Shown here: one piece after another, positions 50,254 to 60,619 of the stretch
Layout of the letters: each line of letters starts with the position of its first letter
Position numbering within the stretch: position 1 is the stretch's first letter
NCBI GenBank assembly: GCA_938084885.1
Contig: CALKGG010000081.1
Location: 1,083-65,082, forward strand
Reading direction: 5' to 3'
Length of the DNA: 64,000 bases
DNA from: an uncultured Acidimicrobiales bacterium
GTDB taxonomy: Bacteria > Actinomycetota > Acidimicrobiia > Acidimicrobiales > SHLQ01
Notes under the pieces: model-generated
Databases searched by the model: none
What the model saw: the letters and a program-made list of their open reading frames with translations, nothing else
Told to the model about the DNA's origin: nothing
Position numbers and translations under genes: made by a program

Positions 50254-51396
50254 CTAGTTGAGCAGGTTCAGCTTCTTTGTGTAGCGACGCTTAGGCGCCA
50301 ACTCCACATCGATCTTTTCGGCCATTGCCACAAACACCTGGCTTGCCTCGTTGTTCTCATCCATTGCCATCACTGGGCGTCCAGCATCGGAACCCTCGCG
50401 AAGCTCAGGCATCAGCGGTACCTGCCCAATGAGCGGCACGTCGAGACGATCGGCGAGCTCCTTGCCACCACCGGCACCAAACAAGTAGTACCGCTTGTCG
50501 TCATCGCCGGTGAAATGACTCATGTTCTCAATGACGCCATGCACCTTGAGGTTGACCTTTTGACCCATGAACGCCGCGCGCTGGGCCACACGCTGGGCTG
50601 CGGGCTGGGGGGTTGTCACCACATACAGCTCGGCACGAGGCAGAAACTGCGCAAGTGACAGCGAAATGTCGCCAGTGCCGGGCGGCAAATCGATGAGCAA
50701 ATAGTCGGGCTCATCCCAGTAGACGTCGGTCAGGAACTGTTCGAGCGCCTTGTGGAGCATTGGGCCACGCCAGATGACCGGCTGGTCTTCTTCGGCGAAG
50801 AAGCCCATTGAGATGGCGTGCACACCGTGGGTCTCGGGCGGAACGAGCATGTCGTCAATCACGACCGGGGCATGCTCGATACCGAGCATGCGAGGGATCG
50901 AGAACCCCCACACGTCAGCGTCGATGATCGCAACCCGCTTATCACGTTTGGCGAGCGCAATGGCGAGGTTCGTGGTGACCGAGCTCTTTCCAACACCGCC
51001 CTTACCCGACGCAATCAGCATGACACGAGTGCGCGAGTCGGGATCGGCGAACGGAATGTCACGACCCTCGGCATGGCCGTGTGCGGGGTTGTTGCCTGCC
51101 GTCGATGCTGGATCGCCTTGCAACATCTCACGAACCTTGCCGCGCTCCTCGTCGGTCATCACCGTGAAATCGACCGACGGGCTGGCGACGCCGAGAGCGC
51201 TGAGCGCACCGGTGACCCGATCGGTGATCTCTTGTTTCAGCGGGCAACCCGCAACAGTCAGGGCGATCTGTACGTCGACGGCATCGCCGGCAATACCGAC
51301 CGCTTTCACCATGCCAAGATCCACGATGCTGCGTCGCAACTCTGGATCTTCGACCGGCCGTAGGGCCTCGATTACCTGTTCTTCGGTGACGCTCAT
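50254..51396 (-). CDS. mrp: Fe-S cluster carrier ATPase Mrp/ApbC with an N-terminal DUF59/MIP18 domain
   Basis: DUF59-like N-terminus (VIEALRPVEDPELRRSIVDLGMV) and deviant Walker A SGKGGVGKSS. Confidence 0.9.
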   Translation of the reverse strand: MSVTEEQVIEALRPVEDPELRRSIVDLGMVKAVGIAGDAVDVQIALTVAGCPLKQEITDRVTGALSALGVASPSVDFTVMTDEERGKVREMLQGDPASTAGNNPAHGHAEGRDIPFADPDSRTRVMLIASGKGGVGKSSVTTNLAIALAKRDKRVAIIDADVWGFSIPRMLGIEHAPVVIDDMLVPPETHGVHAISMGFFAEEDQPVIWRGPMLHKALEQFLTDVYWDEPDYLLIDLPPGTGDISLSLAQFLPRAELYVVTTPQPAAQRVAQRAAFMGQKVNLKVHGVIENMSHFTGDDDKRYYLFGAGGGKELADRLDVPLIGQVPLMPELREGSDAGRPVMAMDENNEASQVFVAMAEKIDVELAPKRRYTKKLNLLN

Positions 51397-51492
51397 CGTC
51401 TCAGGCTATCGAGCGGGCGCGGCCTTGGACGGCCTGGACACGCCCTTTGCTCGCGTTGACCCCTTTGCCCGTCGAGCGAGAGGTGCATTCGG

Positions 51493-51963
51493 CTAGATCG
51501 GCCACCAGCTGGGTTGACCGCTGGTGTTCCACCAATCCTGGCCGCCGAAGCCAAACCACCAGATCGAACCGATTGCGCCTGCGAGCAAGAACGCACACGT
51601 GATCACGATGGTCCGCCGAGGGATTGCACCCTCCTCGTCGATACCCGGAGCCCTTTTGCGGATATAGCGGACCACACGGTTCGCCCATGCAAAGTCCTTT
51701 GACCACACGGTGAATCCAGCGAGGATCGCGACCACACCTGGGCCAGGAACGACCAGCATGATAATGCCGGCAACGATCAGCACGAACCCGAGGCCGATGC
51801 GACCAATCCGAGCCGCAGCCCGCTTCCACGCCTGCTCAGGGTTGTCTTCTCGCACGCCGGTGTCGTACTCGGCAAGGATCGCCGCGTCTTTGAAATCGAC
51901 ATCGCCATCGCCGTCCGCGTCGGTTAGTTCGCTCGCATCCTGAGAAGGTCCGTGAGTCACCAA
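51493..51963 (-). CDS. PGPGW-motif small membrane protein
   Basis: MLVVPGPGVVAILAGFTVW motif. Two to four TM helices. Confidence 0.7.
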   Translation of the reverse strand: MVTHGPSQDASELTDADGDGDVDFKDAAILAEYDTGVREDNPEQAWKRAAARIGRIGLGFVLIVAGIIMLVVPGPGVVAILAGFTVWSKDFAWANRVVRYIRKRAPGIDEEGAIPRRTIVITCAFLLAGAIGSIWWFGFGGQDWWNTSGQPSWWPI

Positions 51964-52023
51964 CTCAGACTACCGAACAGCGCCCCACCCAACATGGTCA
52001 GGTCAGCAATGAAAGAGGAACCC

Positions 52024-54618
52024 TCAGGCGACTTTGCGCCCGCTGACACGCTCTGCCCACTCGGTGAGCGTTGGGCGTGAACTCGACACCACCGTGAGCG
52101 CAGCCCACGCTTCCGATGCTGTATCGATCGGCTGGCCCGTCGACGGCGCAACCTCGGGTGCAGGTTCGATCACCGTTGGCAGACGGCTAAAGAGCTCGAG
52201 CACCTCATGAGCAAGCATTGGCTCGCCGAGCAAATACCCCTGAATCATGTCGCAACCATTGGCAATGAGCCAACGAAATTGGTGTTCGTTCTCGACGCCC
52301 TCAGCAACGGTGGTGAGCCCCATCGAACGCGCCAGCCACAACGCTGCCTCGGTCACTGGCTCGCCGCCGTCTTGATCGATTCGGTCGATGAAACTCTTAT
52401 CGATCTTCAAAATATCGACCGGCAGATCGTGAAGAACCGCAAGCGACGATTGGCCAGTCCCGAAATCATCGAGCGCAATACCAATGCCGTGTTCGCGCAA
52501 CCCATCGAGCGTCGAATTCACGAGCTCGTGATCGTCTGCAACCGCGGTCTCGGTGACCTCGAGGACGATCTCTTTACCCGCAAGGCCATGCCGCTTCGCA
52601 GCATCGACCACGTAGGCACCGAGACCATCGCCTTGAAATTGCTTGCGCGACACGTTGAGCCCCACACGAAACTCGCCGGTGATCAGCCCGGTCTTCTTCC
52701 ACGACGCAAGCTCGCCAAAGGCCTCCTCGATAATCCACTCGCCGACCTCTTGGATCAGCTCAGTTTGTTCGAGGTAGGGCAAGAAGGCTTGAGGCGTTTG
52801 TACGGTGCCGTCCTCCTGGGTGAGCCGAAGCAACGCTTCGACGCCGGAGATTTGCCGGGTCTTTGTATCAAATACCGGCTGATACATGAGGAAGAACGCG
52901 TTGTTTTGCACGGCACGACGCACCACGACCTGACGGTCAAGCTCGTCGTCAGCAGCGTCGCGCAGCTGATTTTCGAAGACCTCGTGTCGAGCTTTGCCGT
53001 TGGCCTTTGCCGAGTACAACGCAATGTCGGCATCGCGGAAGGCTTGGTTTGCGTCCCCGTGCTGTTCGGATAGGTGCACCACACCAATGCTGGCGGTGGT
53101 GAAAAGGTCGAGCCCAGAGATGTTGAGCTGCGCTCGAACAGCCTCGGTCATCTCGCTGGCGATCGATTCGGCGCGCAACTGGTCGGCACCGGTGAGCAGC
53201 ACAGCAAATTCGTCGCCGCCGAGACGCCCAAGGACGCCGTCGCCGGTGACCGAACTGAGGCGCTCGGCAATTTCGCAGAGCACAGCGTCTCCAGCCTGAT
53301 GCCCGAGAGAATCGTTGATGACCTTGAAATAGTCGAGATCGAGCGCGAGCAGCGTCGCTGGAATCTTGTTCTGCAGCGCCTCGTCCACCTTGTCGACCAA
53401 CACGCGGCGATTCACAAGACCGGTGAGCGGATCGTGCTTTGCGAGGTATTCGAGTTCGGCTTCACGCTCCCGGTCATCGGTGACGTCGGCGGCAGATCCA
53501 ATGACCCGCACCATCTTGCCTTCTTCGTACAGACCGGTTCCGACCAGTTCGATCCACACGTTCTTTCGACCCTCGACATCGATGTTGATGAGTTCGTCAA
53601 ACGAGTCAAAAGAGCCGTGAATGAGCCCGCCGAAAGCCGCCATGATTTGCTCAATCGTGGCGTCGTTGAGCACACCGAATGCTTCGGTCCGAGGGATTGG
53701 GTCGGCGGTGATGGGAAGGCCGAGCAGGTGACACATTCGGCTGGAGAACTCGAATGTGTCCGTCTCGATTGAGAAGTCCCAGATGCCGTCTCGAGATGCC
53801 TCGGCGGCAAGCTTGTAGCGCTGTTCGCTGCGAGCTAACGCCTCGACGACAAGCGCCGACTGCGTCACATCGTGGGAGAACCCCATCGTGCCAACGATTC
53901 GACCCGCGCGATCGCGAATCGGGTAACGAGACGAGTGGACGACCTTGCTCGTGCCGTCGGGATAGTGCTCCACTTCGGTCATGCCGACGATCGGCAGGCC
54001 AGAACGGATTACCTCTTCGTCGCCGTGAGCGAGAGGGTTCTCGTCCTTGTGCCCCACGATCATCTCTTCGGTTTTGCCAATCACATCGCGTGGATGAGAA
54101 AAGCCGAGGCCGCGAACATGGCTGCTGTTCGCCCGCAAAAACGCGGCATTTTCATCTTTGAAGTAGACCGAAATTGGGAGGCGTTCGAAAAGCTCTCGAT
54201 ACAACGCGGATTCGTCGACCTCACGACCGTACATCGAGAGTTCGGACTCGCAGTACAGACCACTGACACCAAGAGCACACTCGCCAGCGAGCTTCGCTAC
54301 TCCTAGCAACACATATGGCGAATCTCCCATATTGAGGCGCATCCGCACGCGGCTGATGCCACCCTGTGCTTGCACGAGCTCGATGCACTGGCGAAAGTCG
54401 TGGCGATCTTCTTGGACAACGACGTCGAGAAGCGTGCGGCCCTCAACCTCAAGGCCAGCAGGAGCGATCGCAACATGTTTGATGAGCAGCGCATCGTCGG
54501 CCTGAAGATCGAGGTCCATTGCCGACAATGGCGCCTCACCGGATACAAAGGAGAAGCCGACGTCTGGGCGCGACGAATCGAGGTTCTCGCCTCCCGCGGT
54601 TGCTTCAATATCTGCCAT
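52024..54618 (-). CDS. PAS-GGDEF-EAL signalling protein (diguanylate cyclase/phosphodiesterase)
   Basis: Intact GGDEF (LGRLGGDEFAVLL), an EAL signature (GVEALLRL) and DDFGTG. PAS-like repeats upstream. Confidence 0.9.
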   Translation of the reverse strand: MADIEATAGGENLDSSRPDVGFSFVSGEAPLSAMDLDLQADDALLIKHVAIAPAGLEVEGRTLLDVVVQEDRHDFRQCIELVQAQGGISRVRMRLNMGDSPYVLLGVAKLAGECALGVSGLYCESELSMYGREVDESALYRELFERLPISVYFKDENAAFLRANSSHVRGLGFSHPRDVIGKTEEMIVGHKDENPLAHGDEEVIRSGLPIVGMTEVEHYPDGTSKVVHSSRYPIRDRAGRIVGTMGFSHDVTQSALVVEALARSEQRYKLAAEASRDGIWDFSIETDTFEFSSRMCHLLGLPITADPIPRTEAFGVLNDATIEQIMAAFGGLIHGSFDSFDELINIDVEGRKNVWIELVGTGLYEEGKMVRVIGSAADVTDDREREAELEYLAKHDPLTGLVNRRVLVDKVDEALQNKIPATLLALDLDYFKVINDSLGHQAGDAVLCEIAERLSSVTGDGVLGRLGGDEFAVLLTGADQLRAESIASEMTEAVRAQLNISGLDLFTTASIGVVHLSEQHGDANQAFRDADIALYSAKANGKARHEVFENQLRDAADDELDRQVVVRRAVQNNAFFLMYQPVFDTKTRQISGVEALLRLTQEDGTVQTPQAFLPYLEQTELIQEVGEWIIEEAFGELASWKKTGLITGEFRVGLNVSRKQFQGDGLGAYVVDAAKRHGLAGKEIVLEVTETAVADDHELVNSTLDGLREHGIGIALDDFGTGQSSLAVLHDLPVDILKIDKSFIDRIDQDGGEPVTEAALWLARSMGLTTVAEGVENEHQFRWLIANGCDMIQGYLLGEPMLAHEVLELFSRLPTVIEPAPEVAPSTGQPIDTASEAWAALTVVSSSRPTLTEWAERVSGRKVA

Positions 54619-54700
54619 CCTCCTCTAAGTCGGTCCGAACCCAGGCATTATTAAGCTCCGATCGAATCCAACAGTCGGCGCAGTCTCTCGCTGTTCGTGG

Positions 54701-57700
54701 TCAGGTGACGCCCGGTTGATTGTCGTCGACGTGCGTATCTTTGCCGGGTTGTGGGACGCCGTCGATATAGATGACCGACTGGGTTTGCGCCGCACGGATG
54801 CGTGGCCCGGGAGTGACGATCCCGGTGAGGTTTGCCGGGTCACATGCATTCACTTCGACACGCACTCCAGTGCGAGGCTCGCGGCGCATCCGGTCTAACC
54901 GTTCGGCCGCTTCGCTGGTGGCGTATTGTTCGCCGCTGAACCCACCAACGAACCGTCCGCCCAAGATCAGCCCGCGTGCTTCGAGCCGGCGCAACGCCCA
55001 CAAGATTTCCCTCCAAGGGACGGACAGTTGTTCGCGCGCGGCGAGGCTGTGAAAGACCACACCCCACCGAGCGAGCAGTTGTTCGGCGACTGCTTCTGCC
55101 AACTCATCACGGTCGACATCGAGCGCAGCATCGCCATCGATCTCGCCCTCCATGAGGGTCCACCGGCCCTCTCCCCCCTGTCGAGAGGCCGTTCCGCGTC
55201 GAAGCCCCCGGCGTGGCCGACCTGGCTGCTGGTTTCGTTGTCGCACCTCGAACAACGAACGAACCGCATGAAAACTGTCCGCATGAATGTGACCTCGCCA
55301 TACGAGCTCCCAAAGGCCCGACTCGACATCTTTCGCGGCGAGACCGGATTGCTCGATGAGCTCATAATGAAACCGAGCTCCACCAGCCGCCAGCAGCTGA
55401 TAGATCAACCCAGCGGGCGATGAAGAAGAGTCGATGGCTTTGCTGGCCTCGGCGCTGCCACGCGATGCCAGCCGCAGCCAACCAATGTCGCCGCGAAGCG
55501 CCATCGTGATCGGTGTTGCGCGGGTCGTCGTGGGCTTCGACGACTCTCCCGAACCCAGCAAACGACCCCACGTGATATCGCCAGCGAGGCTGCGTTGATC
55601 GAGAACCTCCGGGCGAAAATCGGTCAACCGGTTCGAGAGCAGGGACGACTCCCACGACCCCGCAGCGCTATGCCAGCCTTGAAGCTGCGCCACGACCTCG
55701 GTCAGCCCATCAACCCCCGACTTCTGCGACCCCGGGGCCAAACACTGCCAATCGAACAGAAACGACATGAAGTCCTGGGCCGTCGCCGTTTCAATACGGG
55801 CACGTTTGCCCTTCTGGGAGAACCGGTGCATCCGAGCTAACAAGCGCCGAGACGACCACCATTGTCCCTTTTGGCTGTCGTTCGACGCGGTGGGGTTGTC
55901 GACACGAATCGCGAAACCTTCGTTCTCGAGGCCGATCAGGGTGAAGTCGACCGACGAGCGATCAACACCGAGCTGACGAGCCAGGTTCTCCGCCGTCGTC
56001 ATGGCAACAACATCGAGGCGAGCGCGAAGCGCAGACATCAGCGCATGCTCACGGTCTTCGGCCGTGACCTCGACATCGGGCCACACATCGGGACGCAATG
56101 CAGCAGGCCAAGACAGATCGCTACGTACCGCCCACACCTCAGACGTCGCAAAACCGGCCGTCACCCGCCCCGCCGCAACGAGTTCATCAAACCACAGCCG
56201 CCATGGCTCAACCGCTGGTGAGACGACGAGCGCGTCGAGCAGCTCGAACAACTCGTCGGCGTTGCGTGGATCGGGGATGACCTGGTCGGAAACGGCTGCC
56301 ACTGCTTCGTGGCTGATCGCACCAATCTCGGACAGATCGACCGGGAGTCCTCTGCGCAAGGGAACCGCACGGCTACGCCGATCGATTGCCTCTGCGTCGT
56401 CAAGAAACGTGAAGGCCTTCCCAACGAGCAATTCGTGACACAACGGTGACGGCTCGGTCGAATCGACCGTGACCACTTCGATCGTTCCCGACTCGAGACG
56501 CTGCACGAGTTCGCGAAGCCCGTCGAGGTCCATTGCCTCGCGCAATGTGTCTTCCATGGTTTGGCGAACAATGACATGGTCGGGCAGTTCAACCGGCCCC
56601 GACACGTTTTCTTGGCACGCTGCAGCCAACGGGAACAATGCGGCCATCACATCGTCGGCTTCCATCCGCTGAATCGGTGGCGGGTTTTTGCGCCCACCCT
56701 TCCAGCGCAACACCAGAAGCGAACGATTGAGGTTCCAGCGCCAACGACTGAGAAACATCGGCGATGGGGGAACTAAAACGGCGTTCGTGAGCGTGGCCTC
56801 AACCGACGCCGATTTCAAGAAACCGGCAACATCGGCGAGTGGGAAGCTGTGCTGCGGCCCGAGCGACAGACAGACCGCATCGTCTGAGGCTGCGGCCTGC
56901 AACTCGAAATCGAAGTTCTTGCAGAACTTCTTTCGCAACGCCAGCCCGAATGCGCGGTTCAGCCTCGCTCCATTGGGTGAATGCACGATGAGCTGCATGC
57001 CTCCGGTTTCGTCGAAGAAGCGCTCGATCACGAGCCGATCGCGTGTCGGCAGGGTCCCCAAGATGGCGAGGGATGCTGCGAGGTAGGCAACGACCTGTTC
57101 GCCAGGCTCGCGATCGATTCCCGCAGCCCCCATCAGCCATGTACAGGCACCGTGGGCGTCGCCCCGACGAAGGCGTTCCTCGATCTCTCGGCGAATCATG
57201 CATACCTCTTCGCTGAGCTCGACCGTGCGACCGGGTGCCTCGCCGAACCACACCGGAATGGTCGGGGGCATACCCTCGGCATCGACAACCCGGACGACGC
57301 CAGGTTCGATTCGTCGGATACGCCAGCTGTGTGTGCCGAGCGTGAAGATATCGCCCGGCATCGATTCGGTTGCCCAGTCCTCGTTGACCGATCCAATACA
57401 CGTGTCGTCGGGGTCTAGGAGCACCCGATAGTCGCCGAGCTCGGGGATTGCACCGCCGCTTGTCAGGGCTGCCATTCGAGCACCGCGACGGCCACGAAGC
57501 TCGCCATTGACTTCGTCGTGATGAATCCAATGCGACCGGACGCCGCGGCCGGTCTGGACGCCGTTTGCTGCGACCTCGAGACATTGGTCAAAGTCGGTGC
57601 GTTCGAGGGTGCAATAGGGTCCGGCCCGGGTGACGAGCTCGAAGAGGTCATCGACGTCCCACTCTTCGGCCGAAACCTCAGCGACTAACTGTTGAATCAA

Positions 57701-59056
57701 AATGTCGAGTGGCGCCACGGGAGGTAGCAGCGCATCGAGCCGGCCGCCATGGACAGCGGTCAGGAGTGCACAACACTCGACGAGATCGTCACGGGTCTGG
57801 GGATACAACCGCCCCTTTGGTACGCCGTACCTGTTGTGGTTCGCTCGGCCGACACGCTGGAGAAACGTGGCGATATTGCGCGGCGACCCCAGCTGGCAGA
57901 CAAGATCGACCGGGCCAACGTCAATACCAAGTTCGAGGGACGCGGTTGCGACAAGGGCCGTGAGGTCACCGGAGCGAAGCCGTTGTTCGACCAACAATCG
58001 TCGGTCCTTTGACAGGCTTCCGTGATGGGCAACAACGTTCGCTTCGGCATCTTCGTGCACGTCGGCCAGACGCTCGCCGAGCTCATGGCTTATCCGTTCG
58101 GCCATGCGCCGAGTGTTGACGAACACGATCGTCGTCGAATGGGCGAGTACAAGCTCGGCGATCTGATCGAGGATTTCGCCCATCTGTTCGGCGGGTGCAA
58201 TCGCTTCCATCTCCGATGGCGGGATCACCAGGTCGAGATCGAGTTCACGTACGTGGCCACTGTCGACGATTGCACAATCGGGCGTTCCATCAGCACCTGT
58301 GCGTGACCCAACGAGCAGCTGCGCGACCGTCGAAATTGGTTTCTGGGTCGCCGACAAGCCCACGCGAACTGGCCGCGAGCCGGACGCGGTGCAGAGGTGT
58401 TCGAGCCGCTCAAGGGTGAGTGAGAGATGCGAGCCGCGCTTGTCCCGAGCAAGCGAGTGAATCTCGTCGATGATGATGGTGTCAATAGTGCTGAGCGCCG
58501 CCCGCGCCTTCGACGAAGTGCACATCAGGTACAACGATTCGGGGGTCGTCACGATGAACGCCGGCGGCTTCTTGACCATGGCGGCCCGGGCGCTCGTTGG
58601 GGTGTCGCCAGATCTGACCCCGACCCGAATCGCCGGTGCCGCCGTGCCCATGGCCTTTGCGATTGCGGCAATCTCGAGCAATGGCCGTTCAAGGTTCTCG
58701 GCAATGTCGTGTGCCAACGCTTTGAGCGGTGAAACATACACAACCCGGGCGATCCCGTCGGTGGCTTCGCCTCGATCGTGTGCCTTATAGAGCCGATCGA
58801 TTGCCACGAGGAAGGCAGAGAGGGTCTTGCCCGAACCCGTCGGTGCAGCAACGAGCGTGTCTCGGCGGGCAGCGATGTGGGGCCAGGCCCCGGCCTGTGG
58901 TGGTGTGGGCCCGTCGGGGAACTGCTCGCCAAACCAGGCACGTACCGCCGGGTGAAAGTCGCCCATCTCGGGATGATCAAAGAGGCTCGGGCGATCGAGG
59001 ACCTCGCCCGGCGGAACGGCACGAGCTATCGACAGATCGGTTGCAATGGTGGCCAC
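54701..59056 (-). CDS. lhr: Lhr-family large ATP-dependent DNA helicase
   Basis: 1451 aa. Walker A AAPTGSGKT and DExH box (IIDEIHSL). Long C-terminal extension typical of Lhr. Confidence 0.9.
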   Translation of the reverse strand: MATIATDLSIARAVPPGEVLDRPSLFDHPEMGDFHPAVRAWFGEQFPDGPTPPQAGAWPHIAARRDTLVAAPTGSGKTLSAFLVAIDRLYKAHDRGEATDGIARVVYVSPLKALAHDIAENLERPLLEIAAIAKAMGTAAPAIRVGVRSGDTPTSARAAMVKKPPAFIVTTPESLYLMCTSSKARAALSTIDTIIIDEIHSLARDKRGSHLSLTLERLEHLCTASGSRPVRVGLSATQKPISTVAQLLVGSRTGADGTPDCAIVDSGHVRELDLDLVIPPSEMEAIAPAEQMGEILDQIAELVLAHSTTIVFVNTRRMAERISHELGERLADVHEDAEANVVAHHGSLSKDRRLLVEQRLRSGDLTALVATASLELGIDVGPVDLVCQLGSPRNIATFLQRVGRANHNRYGVPKGRLYPQTRDDLVECCALLTAVHGGRLDALLPPVAPLDILIQQLVAEVSAEEWDVDDLFELVTRAGPYCTLERTDFDQCLEVAANGVQTGRGVRSHWIHHDEVNGELRGRRGARMAALTSGGAIPELGDYRVLLDPDDTCIGSVNEDWATESMPGDIFTLGTHSWRIRRIEPGVVRVVDAEGMPPTIPVWFGEAPGRTVELSEEVCMIRREIEERLRRGDAHGACTWLMGAAGIDREPGEQVVAYLAASLAILGTLPTRDRLVIERFFDETGGMQLIVHSPNGARLNRAFGLALRKKFCKNFDFELQAAASDDAVCLSLGPQHSFPLADVAGFLKSASVEATLTNAVLVPPSPMFLSRWRWNLNRSLLVLRWKGGRKNPPPIQRMEADDVMAALFPLAAACQENVSGPVELPDHVIVRQTMEDTLREAMDLDGLRELVQRLESGTIEVVTVDSTEPSPLCHELLVGKAFTFLDDAEAIDRRSRAVPLRRGLPVDLSEIGAISHEAVAAVSDQVIPDPRNADELFELLDALVVSPAVEPWRLWFDELVAAGRVTAGFATSEVWAVRSDLSWPAALRPDVWPDVEVTAEDREHALMSALRARLDVVAMTTAENLARQLGVDRSSVDFTLIGLENEGFAIRVDNPTASNDSQKGQWWSSRRLLARMHRFSQKGKRARIETATAQDFMSFLFDWQCLAPGSQKSGVDGLTEVVAQLQGWHSAAGSWESSLLSNRLTDFRPEVLDQRSLAGDITWGRLLGSGESSKPTTTRATPITMALRGDIGWLRLASRGSAEASKAIDSSSSPAGLIYQLLAAGGARFHYELIEQSGLAAKDVESGLWELVWRGHIHADSFHAVRSLFEVRQRNQQPGRPRRGLRRGTASRQGGEGRWTLMEGEIDGDAALDVDRDELAEAVAEQLLARWGVVFHSLAAREQLSVPWREILWALRRLEARGLILGGRFVGGFSGEQYATSEAAERLDRMRREPRTGVRVEVNACDPANLTGIVTPGPRIRAAQTQSVIYIDGVPQPGKDTHVDDNQPGVT

Positions 59057-59156
59057 GTCCGAACAGTAACCACGGGGTACGACATTGAATATCTAACCGG
59101 GCCGTCTGGGGTGGCGGCATTTGTCGATGGATGGAGCTGGGTCCACACTGGGGGCC

Positions 59157-59618
59157 ATGACAGTTTTTCTTGTTCGTCACGCCTCGGCTTCGGGCCGAAC
59201 GGCGTTGCCCGATGATCTTGACCGGACCCTCGATCCCACTGGATGGGAGCAAGCGAAAAGCATCATCGATCTCCTCGGAGAACGAGACATCACCGAAATC
59301 TACTCGTCCCGAGCAACTCGATGCGTCCAAACAGTCGAACCCCTCGCTGCGCACCTCGGTCTGTCCATACAGATCCATCCCGCACTCGTCGAAGGCCAAA
59401 GCGCCGAACCCGCAGTGCATGCGGCGCGGATGCTCGCAAAGGCCGAAACCACTGCGGTCTTTTGCAGCCACGGCGACATCATTCCTGACATGATCCAAAC
59501 CCTCGCCCGCGAAGGCATGGTCATTGTTGGCCCCCGATCATGGGCAAAAGGCTCGACCTGGGAACTCACCACCAGAGGCGGCGACATCACCGAAGCCAGT
59601 TTCCTCGGGCCCTACTAG
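59157..59618 (+). CDS. Histidine phosphatase family protein (SixA-like)
   Basis: RHG-type N-terminus MTVFLVRHASASGR and a later CSHGD. ATG at 59157 is preferred over TTG at 59121. Confidence 0.7.
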   Translation: MTVFLVRHASASGRTALPDDLDRTLDPTGWEQAKSIIDLLGERDITEIYSSRATRCVQTVEPLAAHLGLSIQIHPALVEGQSAEPAVHAARMLAKAETTAVFCSHGDIIPDMIQTLAREGMVIVGPRSWAKGSTWELTTRGGDITEASFLGPY

Positions 59619-59723
59619 CTCGAGGCTATTCGGCTACCAATAGCGGCAAGCAACCCCACCCTCGACACGTCCGGTCGAGGAATGCTGAACGTCGGCTCGC
59701 CACCTGGTTCAGACGTCAGAACC

Positions 59724-60536
59724 TCATGGTGATGCTGGCTCGGCATCCCCAGGCTCAGCGAGCTCAGAAGTGTCAGCCTCTGCGACCCCATTGGGCACCG
59801 TGGTCGTTCTTGCGGGAACCTCGGGCACGGCAGCGACCGGCGCAACCAACTCATCGACCTCGGGCACCGCCGTGACCGGCACAACCGCATTGGTGGCCGG
59901 CGTTGTTTGTGTGCCCGTGGCGGGGTCGTCGGCGACGACCGACGTTAACTCGTCAGGTGCACCCGCTGTGTCGACGGGCTCCAGTACCACGGTGAGCGTT
60001 GGCACGGTCGTTGGAGCCACGGTCGTTGGAGCCACCGTGGTTGGAGCAACCGTCGTTGGAGCCACAGTCGTGGGAGCAACCGTCACTGGCGCCGCAGTTG
60101 TTGGAGTCACCGTCGTTGGGGCAACCGTCGTGGGAGCAACCGTCACTGGCGCCGCAGTTGTTGGAGTCGCGGTCACCGGAGCAACCGTCACTGGCGCCGC
60201 AGCCAAAGGAGCGACCGTTACGGGAACTGCTGTCGTCGCAAGCACAGCGGATGACAGCACCGCGGTCTGCGGCGCCTCGATCGGGACAGTCCCCACGTCG
60301 ACAACTTGCCGAGCATGTTCCGCCTCCGAATCAGACATGGCCAGCGAAATGAACTGCGACGACGAATCGTCGCGGCCCGAAGGCCCGCCGACCACGGTGT
60401 TCGAGCCCGATTGCCCACATGCCGAAACAGTCAAGGCCACCGTGAGCACACCAGCCCAAAGACCCTTCCGGCGCAGCGACACCCCACCAATTCCAACCGC
60501 GGAACTTTCGACTACCTGCGAACGCGTCATGACCAT
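59724..60536 (-). CDS. Putative lipoprotein with a Pro/Thr/Val/Ala-rich tandem-repeat region
   Basis: Lipobox-like LTVALTVSAC, followed by repeats such as APVTVAPTTVAPTTVTPTTA. Confidence 0.6.
   Translation of the reverse strand: MVMTRSQVVESSAVGIGGVSLRRKGLWAGVLTVALTVSACGQSGSNTVVGGPSGRDDSSSQFISLAMSDSEAEHARQVVDVGTVPIEAPQTAVLSSAVLATTAVPVTVAPLAAAPVTVAPVTATPTTAAPVTVAPTTVAPTTVTPTTAAPVTVAPTTVAPTTVAPTTVAPTTVAPTTVPTLTVVLEPVDTAGAPDELTSVVADDPATGTQTTPATNAVVPVTAVPEVDELVAPVAAVPEVPARTTTVPNGVAEADTSELAEPGDAEPASP
60001..60220. repeat. Tandem coding repeat, 15-nt sub-unit nested in a 60-nt higher-order unit
   Basis: GGAGCAACCGTCACTGGCGCCGCAGTTGTTGGAGTC recurs exactly 60 nt apart (60072-60107 and 60132-60167). 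It is flanked by ACGGTCGTTGGAGCC-type 15-mers. Confidence 0.85.
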
Positions 60537-60619
60537 CTGGCCTCCTCAACACCGAGTTTGGCAAGCCGAGGACTGTCGCTACATGTGCTATTCGCCCTAC
60601 GAAATGGGTCGAATGTGTC

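Noticed and set aside
59660-59680. Perfect 7-bp hairpin CCTCGAC-N7-GTCGAGG between the convergent histidine phosphatase and lipoprotein genes.
   Set aside because: It may help termination, but there is no U-tract on either strand, so I do not call it a terminator.
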